Counted from the first letter of the stretch, positions 49,395 through 62,606 are shown. The stretch: 64,000 nt of DNA from Guillardia theta CCMP2712 (GCF_000315625.1 NW_005434541.1:90401-154400); one strand, 5' to 3'. Notes: generated by a model from the letters alone, not told the origin. Numbers and translations are program-made.

Positions 49395-50229
49395 AGAAAA
49401 TTGACCGTGAAACCTGCTCCTCCCCCCAATGACTACCCCTACCCCCCCACTAACCTTCAATCGCTATCTGTAGGTGGGTACAAGAAATATCTATTAGTCT
49501 ATTGTTGATGGTACACAAATCTTAAGAAAATTTACCTGTTGTCGTACAGATTAAAATATTTTATTTAGTTCTAGATTTTAAACCCACATCGCCTCTGAGC
49601 AACATCTGTACCCATATTCTATAGGGTAGTACGATATCAAATCGGTGGTGGGGGTGGAGGAGTGGGATGGTAGGGTGGGGTTATACAGGAAGTAAAACCA
49701 TGCCCGTGGTGGGGTACCCCTGGGTGTTATTTTTTCAAAGGGGCAATTCACTGAGACCGAGCGCGAGCGAGCGATTGGGTGGGTACCCTTGGCTAATACA
49801 GCGGTAGGGTAGTTTGCACCTGAGGGGTGGGTGATACACCGAAGAAACAGCGAAGAGTCAAGGAGATGGCGGCGGGAAGTCGAAATGAGACAGCGGGAGG
49901 GAGCGAAGGGATGAAGGAGAGTGGAGGGAGGATAGAAGGAGGAATAGAATGTCCGATTAAGCACGCCCAGGATCCAATCAATTGATGAAAACACAACTCA
50001 AATACATTGATGACTGCGATGGAGGTCGGATTGTTCGGATGAGATGCGGAGGGAGCGAGGAATGCTCGTTGCAGAATGAACAGTGCTGAGTTTTGAAGAG
50101 AAGGGACATTACAAGTGCCACATTTATGCCACGATACACCTGTGCATTGCAAGAATGACTGTGGTAGGAAGAGGGAACATTATGTTGTCATGTTGTGCGT
50201 GTGGTCATTCCATGAACCTTGCTTGCAGT

Positions 50230-50495
50230 ATGCTCTTCAAGATTGTCCCTCTTGCTGCTCTCGGAGCTGGCCCTGAAATCACCAACAACATGGGTACAAA
50301 TGGCACTGCTTACTATTTTGCGGGTGTAACTCAGTCGCAGCTGCCGTCCACAACTGCGTCGGCGGATCCGAGACCAGCTGCTTGCCTCCTCCTGGCGAGC
50401 TCGCTGTGATGTTCGCTGATCCCTCCAAGGCTGGACTTGGATACACCGTTCCTCCTCCTGCTCACTGGTACAAGTCTCAGGTTGCCATCTTGTAA
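50230..50495 (+). CDS. 72-aa microprotein, paralog B (MLFKIVPLAALGAGPEITNNMAAVHNCVGGSETSCLPPPGELAVMFADPSKAGLGYTVPPPAHWYKSQVAIL)
   Basis: ATG at 50230; phase-1 intron 50294-50340 at the same codon as paralog A; TAA at 50493-50495. Confidence 0.85.
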
Positions 50496-50839
50496 GACTG
50501 AAAATGTCAGTCGTCAAGTCTTGTATTTGAGACGCTATGTACTTCATATAAATTTCGTTACATGATTTGTGAGATGTTATGTTCTGAGATAACCTTTGGC
50601 CCTGTTCCCGTCAAGTCGCAGAGTCCACAAATTCGATTTGCTGCGACTCATTGTGTCACATATCATCCCCCTAGACTCCTCACTGAGGCTCTAGTCACCT
50701 CAGTATGATCAACCTAGTCATGCTGAACGGTCACAAGCAACCGTCCGCTAGACCTGCTGAAAGTTGAAACTTACAGTGTCAGGGTCTCCTACTATGATCG
50801 TGATTGGAAGATTTAAGTTTGTAGTACCACTAGTATCAT

Positions 50840-51400
50840 CACGGTCACGGCAGTGTACGCGGCAGCGGATGATCTGACTCGGACTCGGACTCGACTATTA
50901 AATAAGTTGCCGCCTCCAGGCTCCCCCTCCGTGATCGGAGTCACAGTGACGTAGCCTACTTACGGTCGCCGGGCCGCCGCCGGGCAAAACTCAGTAGTAC
51001 GGTACCGGCGGCACTGAAACCGTTGCCAGGAACCGTTGAACCGGCGGACGGCCCTTCACCGAAGCCCGGCGGGTTTCAGCCTGGCACTGCGGCAGGGGGC
51101 CCTGGGACTCAGTGACTCGGGAATACCGTACTGCAGAAAGACTGCGGCCGCCGTGCAGCGGCGTACGGTACCTCAGCCTAGTACCGGGCGCCGCGTACCG
51201 TCCCTGGCACTGTTAGTTTTAACTTAACTTTGAAGCCTACAGCCAGTACGGCCGCACAGGCTGCCACTCTGAGGCGGCCTCAGGCTGGCCGCATTTCACT
51301 CCGAGTCAAGTATCCCGAGTCATGCCACGGTATGGGCCGGGGCCGGGGCCCGGCCGGGCCCAGGTTGGCGAGGTCACTGAGTCAAGTGACTGTAGAACTA
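50840..51400. other. Intergenic CCGG/GACTC/GTAC island
   Basis: Same word composition as 33540-34240 and 58150-58575. Confidence 0.7.
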
Positions 51401-51500
51401 GAACAAGTGTATCAACATGTGCATGGAGGACGGGGGAAGCCATGAGGCCAGTCGGATCTCCTCTCAAGTCGCTTCCACCATAACCGCGCAAGCCCCCCAA

Positions 51501-51554
<54 letters not shown>

Positions 51555-51580
51555 AATGCTAATGCTCCTGCTCCTGCTAA

Positions 51581-51627
<47 letters not shown>
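51501..51627 (+). repeat. (CCTGCT)n hexamer microsatellite
   Basis: Directly visible; its complement (GAGCAG)n occurs at 54392-54473. Confidence 0.95.
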
Positions 51628-52065
51628 ATATGCAATATCCTCATCATCATCCACGCCATTATCCAGATCTTCACGCCACCAACTCCATTACCATTACTGT
51701 CAACACCGCCAACACAATTCTTCACCTTTCTTGCTTTCTTTCTCTAGCTCTGTGCCTTCAATTTCGTGGCAGTTCTTATTGGAGTATCCTGTAGCTGATA
51801 TTGCTCATCAGTGCAGGTCGTGAACGCCTCCGACTGCCCCCGTGTCCTCGCAACGTGGAGACGCTGCCTCGCATCCTCCCTCATTAGTCATTTTCCTGAT
51901 ACCTCGCAACCAACAGAAGTGTCGCAGTCACTCGACCGTCTCCTCCTCCTCCTCCTAATCCTACTCCTTCCCCTCCTCTCACAGTCCTCTGTCTCTGGTT
52001 CACCTCCACGCAGCCTCTCTGGTGGACGGCGTGGAGGCCTTGTCCCGCCGGCTGAAAGCTCTGAG

Positions 52066-54378
52066 ATGAAGACCAAGGATTCGAGCAAGAAACGGAAAAG
52101 AATCGACGACGATTCCGAAGAACATGTGAAGGGTAAGACTGGGATGGAAAGGGATTCCGACTCACTGAAACCTGGCGCGCTGAATGATTCCGAGTCCGAT
52201 CAAATGTTGAGGTCGAAGAAGGAAAAGAAGAAGCAAAAGGCTCAGAGAAAACTTAAGATCGTGCAAGACAGTCAGGAGGTGGTGGAGGAGGAGGTCAATG
52301 AGCAGACGAAGGATAAGAAGAAGAAAAAGAAGAAAAAGGAGTCTTCTGAATTGAAAACGTACACAGAAGACAAGGATGTATCTGTGCAAGTCAAGATTGA
52401 GAAGAAGGATAAGAAGAAGAACAAGAAGAAAGAGACGATGGAGGAGGAAGACGATGGAAGCAATGACAAGGATTCAGAAGAAGAGACAGAGAGAAAGAAA
52501 ATAAAAAGAGACAAGCAGAAGAATCTGAAGAAGAAGCAGAAGAAGCAGAGCAGCGAGAGCGAAGAGGACGAAGATTCTCATAACAGGACAAGAGAAGGTG
52601 TCGAGTCCCCGACATCGCAACCAGCGCTTGTACGACACTCATTTGAAACGACCGACGCTGACCACGCGGAGACGCCAAGAGAAGCATATGAACACATCCT
52701 GCCGCTGCTTCACAAGATGGCAGAGGCAGCGAGCAAGAAGCCGTCGGAGCTACGCATCTACGACCCTTTCTTCTGCACGGGCTCCATGAAGCGACACCTG
52801 GCCAGCCTGGGCTTCACCAACGTCTACAACAAGAACGAAGACTTCTATGAGATGGTGAAGAGCAAGAGAATCCCCGAGCACGACATGGTCGTCACCAACC
52901 CTCCTTACTCCCTCGACCACATCCCTCGCTTCCTCCGCTGGCTCAGCGTCAACGACAAGCCCTGGCTTCTCCTCGTGCCTAACTACGTCTACACCAAGGA
53001 CTACTTCTCCTCCTCCCTTCGCGGCCGCCTCCCCATGTTTCTCACGCCTCCTGGTCGCTACGTCTATGAGAGCCCCAAGCACGTGGCCAACGCGCAGGGC
53101 CAGGTGAGCAAACGAGCTAGAGAAGGAGGAAAAGCAGATGTGGGGAGAGCATGGATGAAGTGAAGAGCACAAGGAGCAGAGCCCTGATGGAGGTTGTGCC
53201 AGATACGTAAGAGTGGAGAGCATAAGACAGCCCCTTATGTGAGCTTCTGGTACGTCGAGACACGGTGAGTTCTTCCTGTCTCTCCTCTGCTCGGTCCCAC
53301 CACACTTTTTTCAGCTCCCCCTCCAACTCCCCCCTCCCCCCCCTCTTTGTCTGTCCCTCCCCTCCCCTCCTCCCTCCTGCCCGCTCTCTTGCTCGATTTG
53401 TGATGTGCCTACAATTTTTGATCTACCTGCGGACCCCCTCAATGTCTCTCCTTCGCTTTTGTCCTTTGCTTGCTTCTCATCGTCTAACTGTAATGAAAAC
53501 AGTCCCATCATTCAGCCCAATCAGGTTCACACCTGGTGGATGGCAGAAAAAATGTTTGACAAGACAAACTGCCGGTGATGATATAATCCCAGCTACCCTC
53601 CTCTCTGTCCTTGAACCGCATCATCGTTCTCTTCTTACTACTCTCTTCAAATCTCCTCGCTTTCCTTCCACTACTTTGTCTTTCTCGTCCTATTACTCTC
53701 TTTAGACCTTTCTCCCTTCTCCTCTTTACTCCCCATTCTCATCTATCCAGTATTCACGATCAGAATCCTTGGCTCTCTCTAGGAATCATCTGTCCCTGCG
53801 GTTGGACTTGTCACTAACTCTCATGAATTCGTTCTTTCTCACTTTCCATCCTCTGTCAAATCTTCATATTGTTCCTTCTCCTTCTCCTCCTCCTGCAACT
53901 GCTCCACCTTATCCTTCTCTTCTTTATGCTACTCCTGCTCTTCTTCTTGCTTCTCATGCTCCTCCTCCTGCTCTCTCCTTCCGTTCTCCCCTGCAGGTTG
54001 TGCAAGAATGTGGAGCAGCTGCCTGCCAACATGAGAGACTCGTTCGATCCTCTCCGCAAGGTTCGACTTGCTTTCCCGTGCCTGCCTCATCGAGTGAATC
54101 TCAGCGACTGCCCAAGCACATGAGGAAAGCGATGAAGAAGTCGCACACAGCAGATGGCAGGTTGATTCTGCTGCCCTCCTCCTTCGCTCCTCTTTGCTTC
54201 TCCTCCCTTGTCCTTCTCAGTCCCATCCTCTCGTTCTTGAGCGTTATCCCTCCTGCACTTCCTCTGCTCGTCTCTCTTCACCCAAACTAGCCGTACCTTC
54301 TTATGTTCCTCACCTCGCAGGCCGCTGTGCAAGCAGTGCGGACAAGTCCACGGCAATTGCAAGCACACGCGACAGTGA
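52066..54378 (+). CDS. Putative N6-adenine (amino) methyltransferase with Lys/Glu-rich N-terminus and C-terminal Cys/His knuckle
   Basis: DHAETP, motif I IYDPFFCTG, EDFY, motif IV VVTNPPY and KPWLLLVP. The last exon reads PLCKQCGQVHGNCKHTRQ with stop at 54376-54378. Confidence 0.75.
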
Positions 54379-54392
54379 TAGATGACTACGAG

Positions 54393-54474
<82 letters not shown>

Positions 54475-54661
54475 AAGAAATGCGGCAGGAGGGGATTACA
54501 CTTGATTTTGTTAAAGAAGAGTGGTCAAGCCTACTAGCAGCTTGGGGTGTGACAGGCAACTTGAAATGACGTTGGCAGTCGGCAGCTGAAATCCGAAAGT
54601 TTGCGGGATGTTTGTTGTACACCAGCTGGGAGAGTGGAGGAGGCAGCAGATGCCAGTGAAA

Positions 54662-57600
54662 TCAATCGCACTTGATGCTGCAGAGAAGTAAGTTGAAGCA
54701 CATGCGAAACTTGAAGGAAGAGCGTGGAGGATGGTAAACAGGCAGCGGGAGAGAGCCAAGAATAATCAGAGGAGGAGAAAACAAGCAACAAGCACGAGCA
54801 TGCAAAACGAGGATTCACGCACCACAAGGAACTAGAAAGGATGATGCAGCAGGGAAAACAGAGAAAGAGGAACAGGGATTGGGAAAGAGGAATTGATGGC
54901 AAAGCTGGAGATAAGGGAGAGAAGAGCGGTGGATGTTGAGGCAGATGCAGATGTAGAGAGTGGGGATGTTGGCAGGTACTGACCAGCGGTAGATGTAGCG
55001 GACAAAGGCGAGGGCAGAGAAGAAACCAACAGTTCCGAGCATGAGGAAAGCGCCATAGCAGACCATGCTCATGTACCTAGCACTAGCATCAGGCGCTGAA
55101 ATCTTCCCTCCCTCCTCGTCCTCTCACCCAAAGAAGAAGGAAGTTTGCATGAAACCTGTCATATGAGCTTTGAACCTGCAAGATGTCAGGTCAGGGGCAA
55201 CAGAATGACGAATAGGTCGACGAAGGAGCAAGAAAGGACAGTCCACAAGAAGGAAGCAACCGAAACGGGGGAAAGCGAAACAGCAGCCAGGAGGAAAAAG
55301 AAGAGGTACCGGAAGTAATAGAAGCAATAGGCAAAGATAAAGAAGCCTGTCGATCCTCCGCTGAAGATGCTCCTCCACCACCACCTGTAGTCCTCCACCG
55401 CCAGCTGGAAGTATGTCAAGGCGATGGTGATGAAGGAGGTAACGATGATGAGGATAAGGAAGACGAGGAGGAGGATCCCGTAGAGGGAGTAGAGCTGCCT
55501 GCCCCACACAGAGGCGAAGACATAGTAGAGCTCGATGTAAATGGCGCTGAAGGGGAGGAACCCAGCCATCACCATCTGGTAGGGTGCCTGTCTGTGCCAG
55601 TGGAGAGGAGGAATCTCTCGAGGAAGTTTGTTGGTTCTGCACGGAGCCTCAAACGGGCCCGCGAAGTTTCGCCCAGAGATTCCGCCAACGATGTTGAGAG
55701 GGAAGCTGACGAGAGTTAAGATGAGGAGAATAATGACAACGGTTCCAAAGGGAAGAGCAGCCGACGAGTTGTAGGCGACTGCAACAAAGTTGAGGAAGGT
55801 TGCCATTATGAAGAAGGGGCCAAGAAAGAGCAAGTAAGAGGTGACAAGCGCCCAGACCCAATTGGATCCCTCGATCTTGGTGTAAAGGTTACCGGCGACA
55901 TATCCATTTATGCCCGATGTCAGCGCAAAGATCAGCAGGGCTGCTACCAGCAGGGCCCCGCGGTTGTACCTCGTGTAAGGCCCGAGGCATGCGAGGAAGA
56001 GCACTCCAAGGCACATGCACAGCAGCTGAGCTCCATTGCCAAGGACGGCAGCGAAAAGCTCCTTGTGCTGGGGGAACCTGAAGACGTCGCCATTGACGAG
56101 CTTCCAGCCACTCTCATCCTGATCCATCCCTGTCTCCTCCTCCATGTGCGCATACCGAGCAAAGTCGTTCTTCAACACTCGCATCAGAATGGTCGCAAGG
56201 AAGCCGGTCAGCAGGAGGACGGTGACGATGGAATTGAAGATTGAGAACCATCGGATCTCAAGGTGCTGATGCGGAGACTCCTTGTGCTCTAGCACGTGGT
56301 CGCGTGTCTTGTGTACAGACTTAACCCACCTCGCGGAGTACATGAAGTGAACGTCGATTGGATTCGTCGAGTCCGTGATGTCAAGGTTCTGCTCTGGATC
56401 GTGTTCCCAGGTTATCTCCAGGATCTCCTCACCATTGTGTGCAATGGTGAAGATGTAGTTGGTGAACAGACTGTACATAGTCACGTTCTCGCCGTTCACA
56501 AGCTCGGAAGACTTGTCGCCGATGAAGCCCCAAAGAGGAATGTCATCTGATGAGCAAGAAAACGTTCACAGCAGGCACTGGCGCAAGGAAGCATTTGCTA
56601 CCATAGATAAACTCGAAGTAGTAGTCCTCGTCAATTGCCCGCTGGAACATCTCAATCTCCTTGGGCTTAAGAGTATAGGAACATAATGTTCTGGACTCGA
56701 AGGGAACTAGAAGTCACCACGTCAGAAGATACCACTCGTCCTATCAGCTTACTCAAGAAGGGAAGTGCAAACAGCGTCTTCATCATCCTGTCTCCGACAA
56801 GGATCTCCCCAAGATGATGAGGTTTCCTCTCCTCTTCCTGCGAACGTCCATTTTTATCATCTTCGATTTCTTTTTCTTGGCCATCACCATCACCATCTCT
56901 CCTCACTTCCTACATATCTTACTCCCTTGATGTGTTCGTCCCCTGGTCTCCTTCTGTCTAGACTACTACTCCTTCTTCACGTCACAATTGGGAGTACATA
57001 CCTTGGGCGCGCAAAAAGGAAGGGTATAGTACTCGTACTGGAACAACCGGGGTCAAGAATGCGGGGTGGATGGTAAGCGAGGCTCACTTGTTCAGAAGGA
57101 TTTCCATAGGGTCCAACCTACCCGAACAAGTCACGTACAGCATGTTGATTCAACAACTGTGATCTACCTTGTTCGCGTAAAGAGGAACATTATCCCCTCG
57201 ACGATATTTCGAGCCAAATACAACCTGCCATCAAACAAAATGAACATCAAGGTCTCGAAAGATAATCCTTGTATCAACAAAGGACAATTCTAACAATCCC
57301 GGAGGAGGGAAGGACTTCAATATCACGTCAAGAAGCATAAAAAAAACAATGCGAACTTCACGAGTCCGCTTGCTCCACCACTGAGGAATAACCATTCTGT
57401 ACTACAAGTTTCGGAAGAACCCTTTTGCCTACTGTATGCGAACAATGTACTGGAATACTTGATTTCCTTGCTGTTCTCAGACAGGTGGTTTCAATCCTGA
57501 GGCAGCAGCCTGAAAGTATGGCTGCCCAGTTTCCCTCTTGCCATTTTTCACAATTCATCGGCCTGACCTTCCCTACGCCCACCTCCTGGCTCTCAATGCA

Positions 57601-57717
57601 GTTTCCTCAACTCTTCAGCTGTTTGCTATCTCCTCTCTTCATTTGCTTAATTCTCCTCCTCCCTCTTACCGCAAGCGCCGCCATGATTGCCGTCCATCTC
57701 AGAGCTGCCGCTGCCAT
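54662..57717 (-). CDS. Transmembrane 9 superfamily (EMP70/TM9SF1-like) protein
   Basis: EIRWFSIFNS, ESGWKLVNGDVFRFP, PCRTNKLPREIP, GFLPFSAIYIELY, EDYRWWWRS and C-terminal IKCD. Confidence 0.95.
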
Positions 57718-58149
57718 GTTGGCCTGGCTCCACCTGGATGGAACTGGTGCAGGGAGGGGTGAGGGTGGTTGAACGGGGCAGGTGGGGTATGTCGATGTGG
57801 GGTACCGTTCGCAAAGCTTGTTTGGACCGGTGTTCTGAATAGAAGATTTCTGGGAAGAAAGGTGGGTATCATGATACACCCCTACCCTCAAATACCCCTT
57901 ACTACCCCATATATGTCTTTCAGTACCCCTTCTGAACCATCAGGCATGCCACGCAGGCCCAACGATTCATCCTTTAGCATTAACCCTACCCTCTGATTAT
58001 CCAACGAGTCGTGAGAAATTACGGGGTAGGGTATGACAACAGGTTTCGATGGTGGGTGATATCACCCATCTGATATTCTAAGGGTACTGAGCTGGCAATA
58101 GGGAGGGTATGAAATTCAAAGGGGTAGGTGGGAGACAGCAAACACCGAG

Positions 58150-58575
58150 GCTCATAACGTTCTTGCACTTTCAGTGCCAAGCACGCCCGGCGCAACGGCG
58201 CGGTGACCCGGGCCCGGCGCGGCGGCCCGCGGGCCCGGCCGCCAGCCGTTTCGGCCCGGCGGCCGGCCCGGGCCCTCACCGGAGTCCGACCACTGGGCCT
58301 GCCGGGCCCGGGGAACGGGCCCCGCAGCCAGGCACTGATCAGTGAGTCACCCGCCGCCCCGGCGGGCCCCCCGGGCCCCGGCCGGGCACCCGGTCGGGCG
58401 GGCCCGGCCGCCGGAGTCTGGCTGAGTCCCGGAGTCCGGTTGGACCGTGCCGGGCACAGGCTGGGTCAGTCGGCACTGAGTGAACTTCCGAAGCTTCAGG
58501 CCGGCTTTTTTTTGGCTCGCTCAAGGGTACGTGACTTTCACGACCGGCGGAGGGTCCGAGGCTCCGGGAGCCGCT
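58150..58575. other. Intergenic CCGG island between divergent genes, with GGGTA/TACCC-rich flanks
   Basis: About 23 CCGG counted by eye in about 380 bp. Confidence 0.75.
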
Positions 58576-59337
58576 ATCTTAACCGATCGAACGTTAACAT
58601 CAACGAGTAAGTTGAGGCCCCCATGACCCACCTCGCCGTAGGAGGTCCTAGCATTGCCTCGGACCCTTTGACTTCTTGTGATTGACTTTGGTGTACCCTA
58701 CCCCCGCTGAGGTATCACTACTAGTCCCCTCACGAACACCACTGGGGCTCCGTTGGGTACCCACCCTTTGTTCTCCCATCATTGGAAGGACCCCTACAAT
58801 GATAGTCTCCACGAGGGTACAAGTGCAGGGAAGTACCCTAGTACCCTCCCAGAATACCGTTCACTGGCCCGCACCGTCTATAAATGTCCTGCCTGGCGTC
58901 TCCTCTAGTGGATCTGATCCCTAACCCTTCCTCCTCTTTCCCATTCAGTCGCCTCTGCTTTTCTGGTCGATTGCTCCATTGATCACCTACATTTCGTTAC
59001 TTCTCAGACCCAGCCTCCCCCTCCTCTCTTACCCCATTTCCTCGTTCCTTTCTTCCTCTCCCATAAACTGATTTCTCTCCTTCTTCGCCCGGCTCATGTT
59101 GATCGTCCGGGTCTCACAATTCTCGCTCAAGAACAAGAACTGCCTTGCCTAGAGAGAAATATTTTCCCTCCGACCTTGTCTTGTGGCCCTGTGAATCACT
59201 CCATTGTTTGCAGTTATTTCAAAGATCGTTAAGTCCAGCGAATGTTTGGATTTCAGGACAGCTCATCGGTGATGAATGCGCTTCAATAGCTGAATTGCTG
59301 AGTGATCAAGATTCAGAACAGCACGGCAAGGTCTGAC

Positions 59338-60342
59338 ATGGGAAAGCAAGGAGTGGTCGGGGAGGAAATGGGCGTCTACTTGGTATGTGCCGTAAATTTT
59401 CTATTCATACATCACCAAAAATTTATCTGATTCATGTTGTATGATGCAGCAAGGTGCAGTGAGTTCCTTGTTCGAAAATGTCTCCGGCGCTTTCTCGCCC
59501 ATCTTGGTAAATCATTCCTTGCATTTCTTTTGAGATACCTGATGCTGCTGCAAGCAATCGAATTATAGCAAGAAGATAAAATCGAAAAAGGAACATGTAC
59601 ACCAGCAGGAGACAGGTAATTCTTCAATTGCTGTTGCATAGCAAAACTCATCACAACAACAGTTGCAGGCTCTCCCGAAGAATTGTCTAGCCACCGCAAG
59701 CTCAAATCTGCGTCTCTTGAGGCATCTGAACAGCAAGACGCTCCGTCGCCAACCTCACCTATCGGGAGATACAAGTCAGCGCTCAAGTCTCCAATGACCT
59801 CGTCTCCTCTCAATCGCTCAAACCTTCGCTCCCCTCTGGATAAAAAGCCTGACAGCAAAATTCGATCCGTAAAAATCAGATTCATTGAAGAGGAAACGCA
59901 GCACTCTCCAATCGCTTGTGCCAAGACGGACAAGTCAGCACCTGCCGAATCCACAGCACCGAAAGATCACAAGGACCATTTTGTGATCCAATCCTCCAAA
60001 CAGAAGAACAGGAAAACAAAGAAGGATGCGATGATCGCAGCCAGCTTGACCATCGAGGAAGAACACCCTCCAGCCGAGGTGAAGACGAATCTAAAGCGTT
60101 AGACCCGTGCTGATCATGCTGAATGTTAAGGCGGATGAGAAATTGATGAGGTTGAATTTAAATGTTCAGCTGACACAAGAAGCCAAAGAAGCAGCTCAAT
60201 TTCACGTCAACCAGGTGAGGAGTGACGAATGAGTGGTTGGTCAATGAGCGCTCTTGTCTTGTAGGCCAGGATGCTTTCGACGAAGAATCAGTTGCCTGAC
60301 GGATCCCCTCTCAATATTCGGGATGGAATCTTGTGGTTATAG
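59338..60342 (+). CDS. Hypothetical multi-exon Ser/Lys-rich protein
   Basis: Open exon about 59670-60095 (KLKSASLEASEQQDAPSPTSP..) plus plausible short introns; no domain recognised. Confidence 0.4.
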
Positions 60343-60469
60343 CGACGACACTCTATGCCATGACGCTAGATGTCAGACAACAACTTCTCGTCTTCTCTTC
60401 TCAGTAAAACTTTAACAAAATCTTGTGCACCTTGGCATTTGACGGGGAATGTCTTTTCAAAAGTAATCT

Positions 60470-62407
60470 CTAAGATGACTGTCTAAGAGAAAAGTAATGA
60501 ATTTCTTTAGCACATAGACACCTGCAACATGCTGAGTGTCCGCTCAACTTCTGCGCAACACTAACCTTCTGCTTTCTTGCCTCTCTGACCTTCTCCAGCG
60601 AGGAGTTTATCGCATGCTGTTGATGTGGCTGCAGCTCTTGTTGACCCAGCATGGCAACTTCCTCAAGGTAAGGGTCTTGTACTTTACTGGATCCATCAAA
60701 GATGACGACAGGAAGATGTCAGCAATTAGAATCAAACAGCCGAAAGTAGATATTCGAAAAATATGACCTCTTGATACCCGTGAGCTCCTCCATCACCGCT
60801 AGACCACAGAAAGGCGCGTACACTTCAGAGTATCCGCCCTGTATATGCATGAAGGGTTCAGATCGAAGCGAATCCATGCTCGTAAGACCTCGTGCAGCAG
60901 AATCAACTTGCCGGAGCAGCATCTGGCATAAATAAATTTCACATCATCGTCCAGACACTTCAAGATAAACTTACCGATCTGCTAGCTCCTTGACCTGTTG
61001 TGTAAGATACCTGAAGGTTTCTGGAAGGAAAATGATCGACAAGAACAAAACAAAACATCAATCATTACCGGAGTGACACATCATGGAACCGAGCGGATCG
61101 AAGAAAGAACAGTCAAATCCACAGCTGATCATAATCTGAAATACACAAAACAATCATCCTCGTGGGTATAAGTGAAAACACTAAGTAACGAAGATCAAGT
61201 CAAACCATCTCAGTCGTGCATCTTACACTCGTGCACATTACATCGACACGCGATGACAGAGCTCATGCAATTCAAGTACGCGCAATAGAAAGCGATTGAA
61301 CTTGCCAACTGCGGTTTTTCATCGCCAAAGCTGGTTTCAGCGAGAGAGCACGCAGCTCTGATAGCTTCCCTAACAGTTTCGTCATCTGCTCATGAGATCC
61401 TGCGCTTCTCCGCCACCTGTAGGCCCCATCGCCACTGCCAGGAGGAAGAGGTAGGTTGCAATTGAATCCAAGGCCAAGCCCCTTTGCAAAGAGTCAAACC
61501 CCCTCTCATCTCCTCACATCACCTGGCCAAGTTCATCAGCAAACCCACTGTCAAGAGGATAACTGCTTTCACGATCATTGCATGTCGTCAAAGCGGAGGT
61601 TTACTTGCGATCTTGATGGATACTGATGAACATTACTTTGTCTGAATCATCTACTTTATCGTCAGGCACGAAAACTACTTTCATTCACTTTACAGAATGC
61701 TTGTTGGGTTCCATTGCCATGATGTACATCCCAATCGATGATTACGATCCTCTCTAGTCCTGATGGGGTTCAATCCAATAGAACAAGAGGGAAGAAAAAG
61801 TCGTCACCTCTTACTTCGATCGCGTGCTTTGCTGCTATTGCAATGTTGTTGAGCAAACAGAAACCTCTGCCTCGGTCTCGCTCCGCATGGTGACCAGGAG
61901 GGCGTAGGAGGCAATATCCATTGACAATCCTTTCGTCCAAGACAGCGTTCACCATGCTAATGGCAGATCCAGCAGCAAGCAGAGCTATTCCAAGTCCACC
62001 TGGGCTGAAAGGAGCACAGTCTCCCGCATCACCACCTTCACATTCGCTCAATTCTGTGAGTTTTGCTTCGAATGGGCGTTAGAGTGTTTGTCGCAACAAG
62101 AAAGTTGATCTCACTCAAATACTCCTGGCTATGAACGCGAAGAACCTCGTCTAATGTTGCAGGAAGCGAGTCTATGGGGACAGTTTCTTTGAGCAACCCA
62201 CTGACTTGCAGGAGCGAATGGATTCTTCTCTTGCTCTCAGGCGTTTCCACGTGTTGGATCGGCTGAACGAATAGGGTGCGCTTGCATGGGCGCTCATGAA
62301 ATGACATTCCTACGAGTTTCTCTTATGGGCACGAAACGGAAAGGCTCCCTCCGTCCCTGTACCCCCCTTCCTCTCCATCCCTTTTCGCCCCTCCCTGCCT
62401 CCCAGCC

Positions 62408-62456
<49 letters not shown>

Positions 62457-62606
62457 CTGCCTGCCTGCCTGCCTGCCTGCCCCCTTACCTCTTCTGCCTC
62501 TCCTCTTCCTCACCATCCACAGCTCTCCTATCCTGTTACTCCTTCCCTTCTTACCGCCAAAATGCCATCCAAACGCTTCTTGCCATGCATAGCCTGTCGG
62601 AGCCAT
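60470..62606 (-). CDS. Zn-dependent histone deacetylase family protein, HDA8/bacterial HDAH-like (3' end approximate)
   Basis: [57 protein letters not shown] and HE|GGYS. Confidence 0.9.

Noticed and set aside
51306-51725. ORF beginning MKNCVGG, resembling the microprotein NCVGG motif
   Set aside because: Five-residue coincidence in a microsatellite-derived frame with no further similarity.
38585-62606. A chromatin gene cluster (DDM1, GT41, N6-MTase, HDAC)
   Set aside because: Spread over 24 kb with unrelated genes between; the GT41 appears secretory and the HDAC type may be non-histone, so chance is sufficient.
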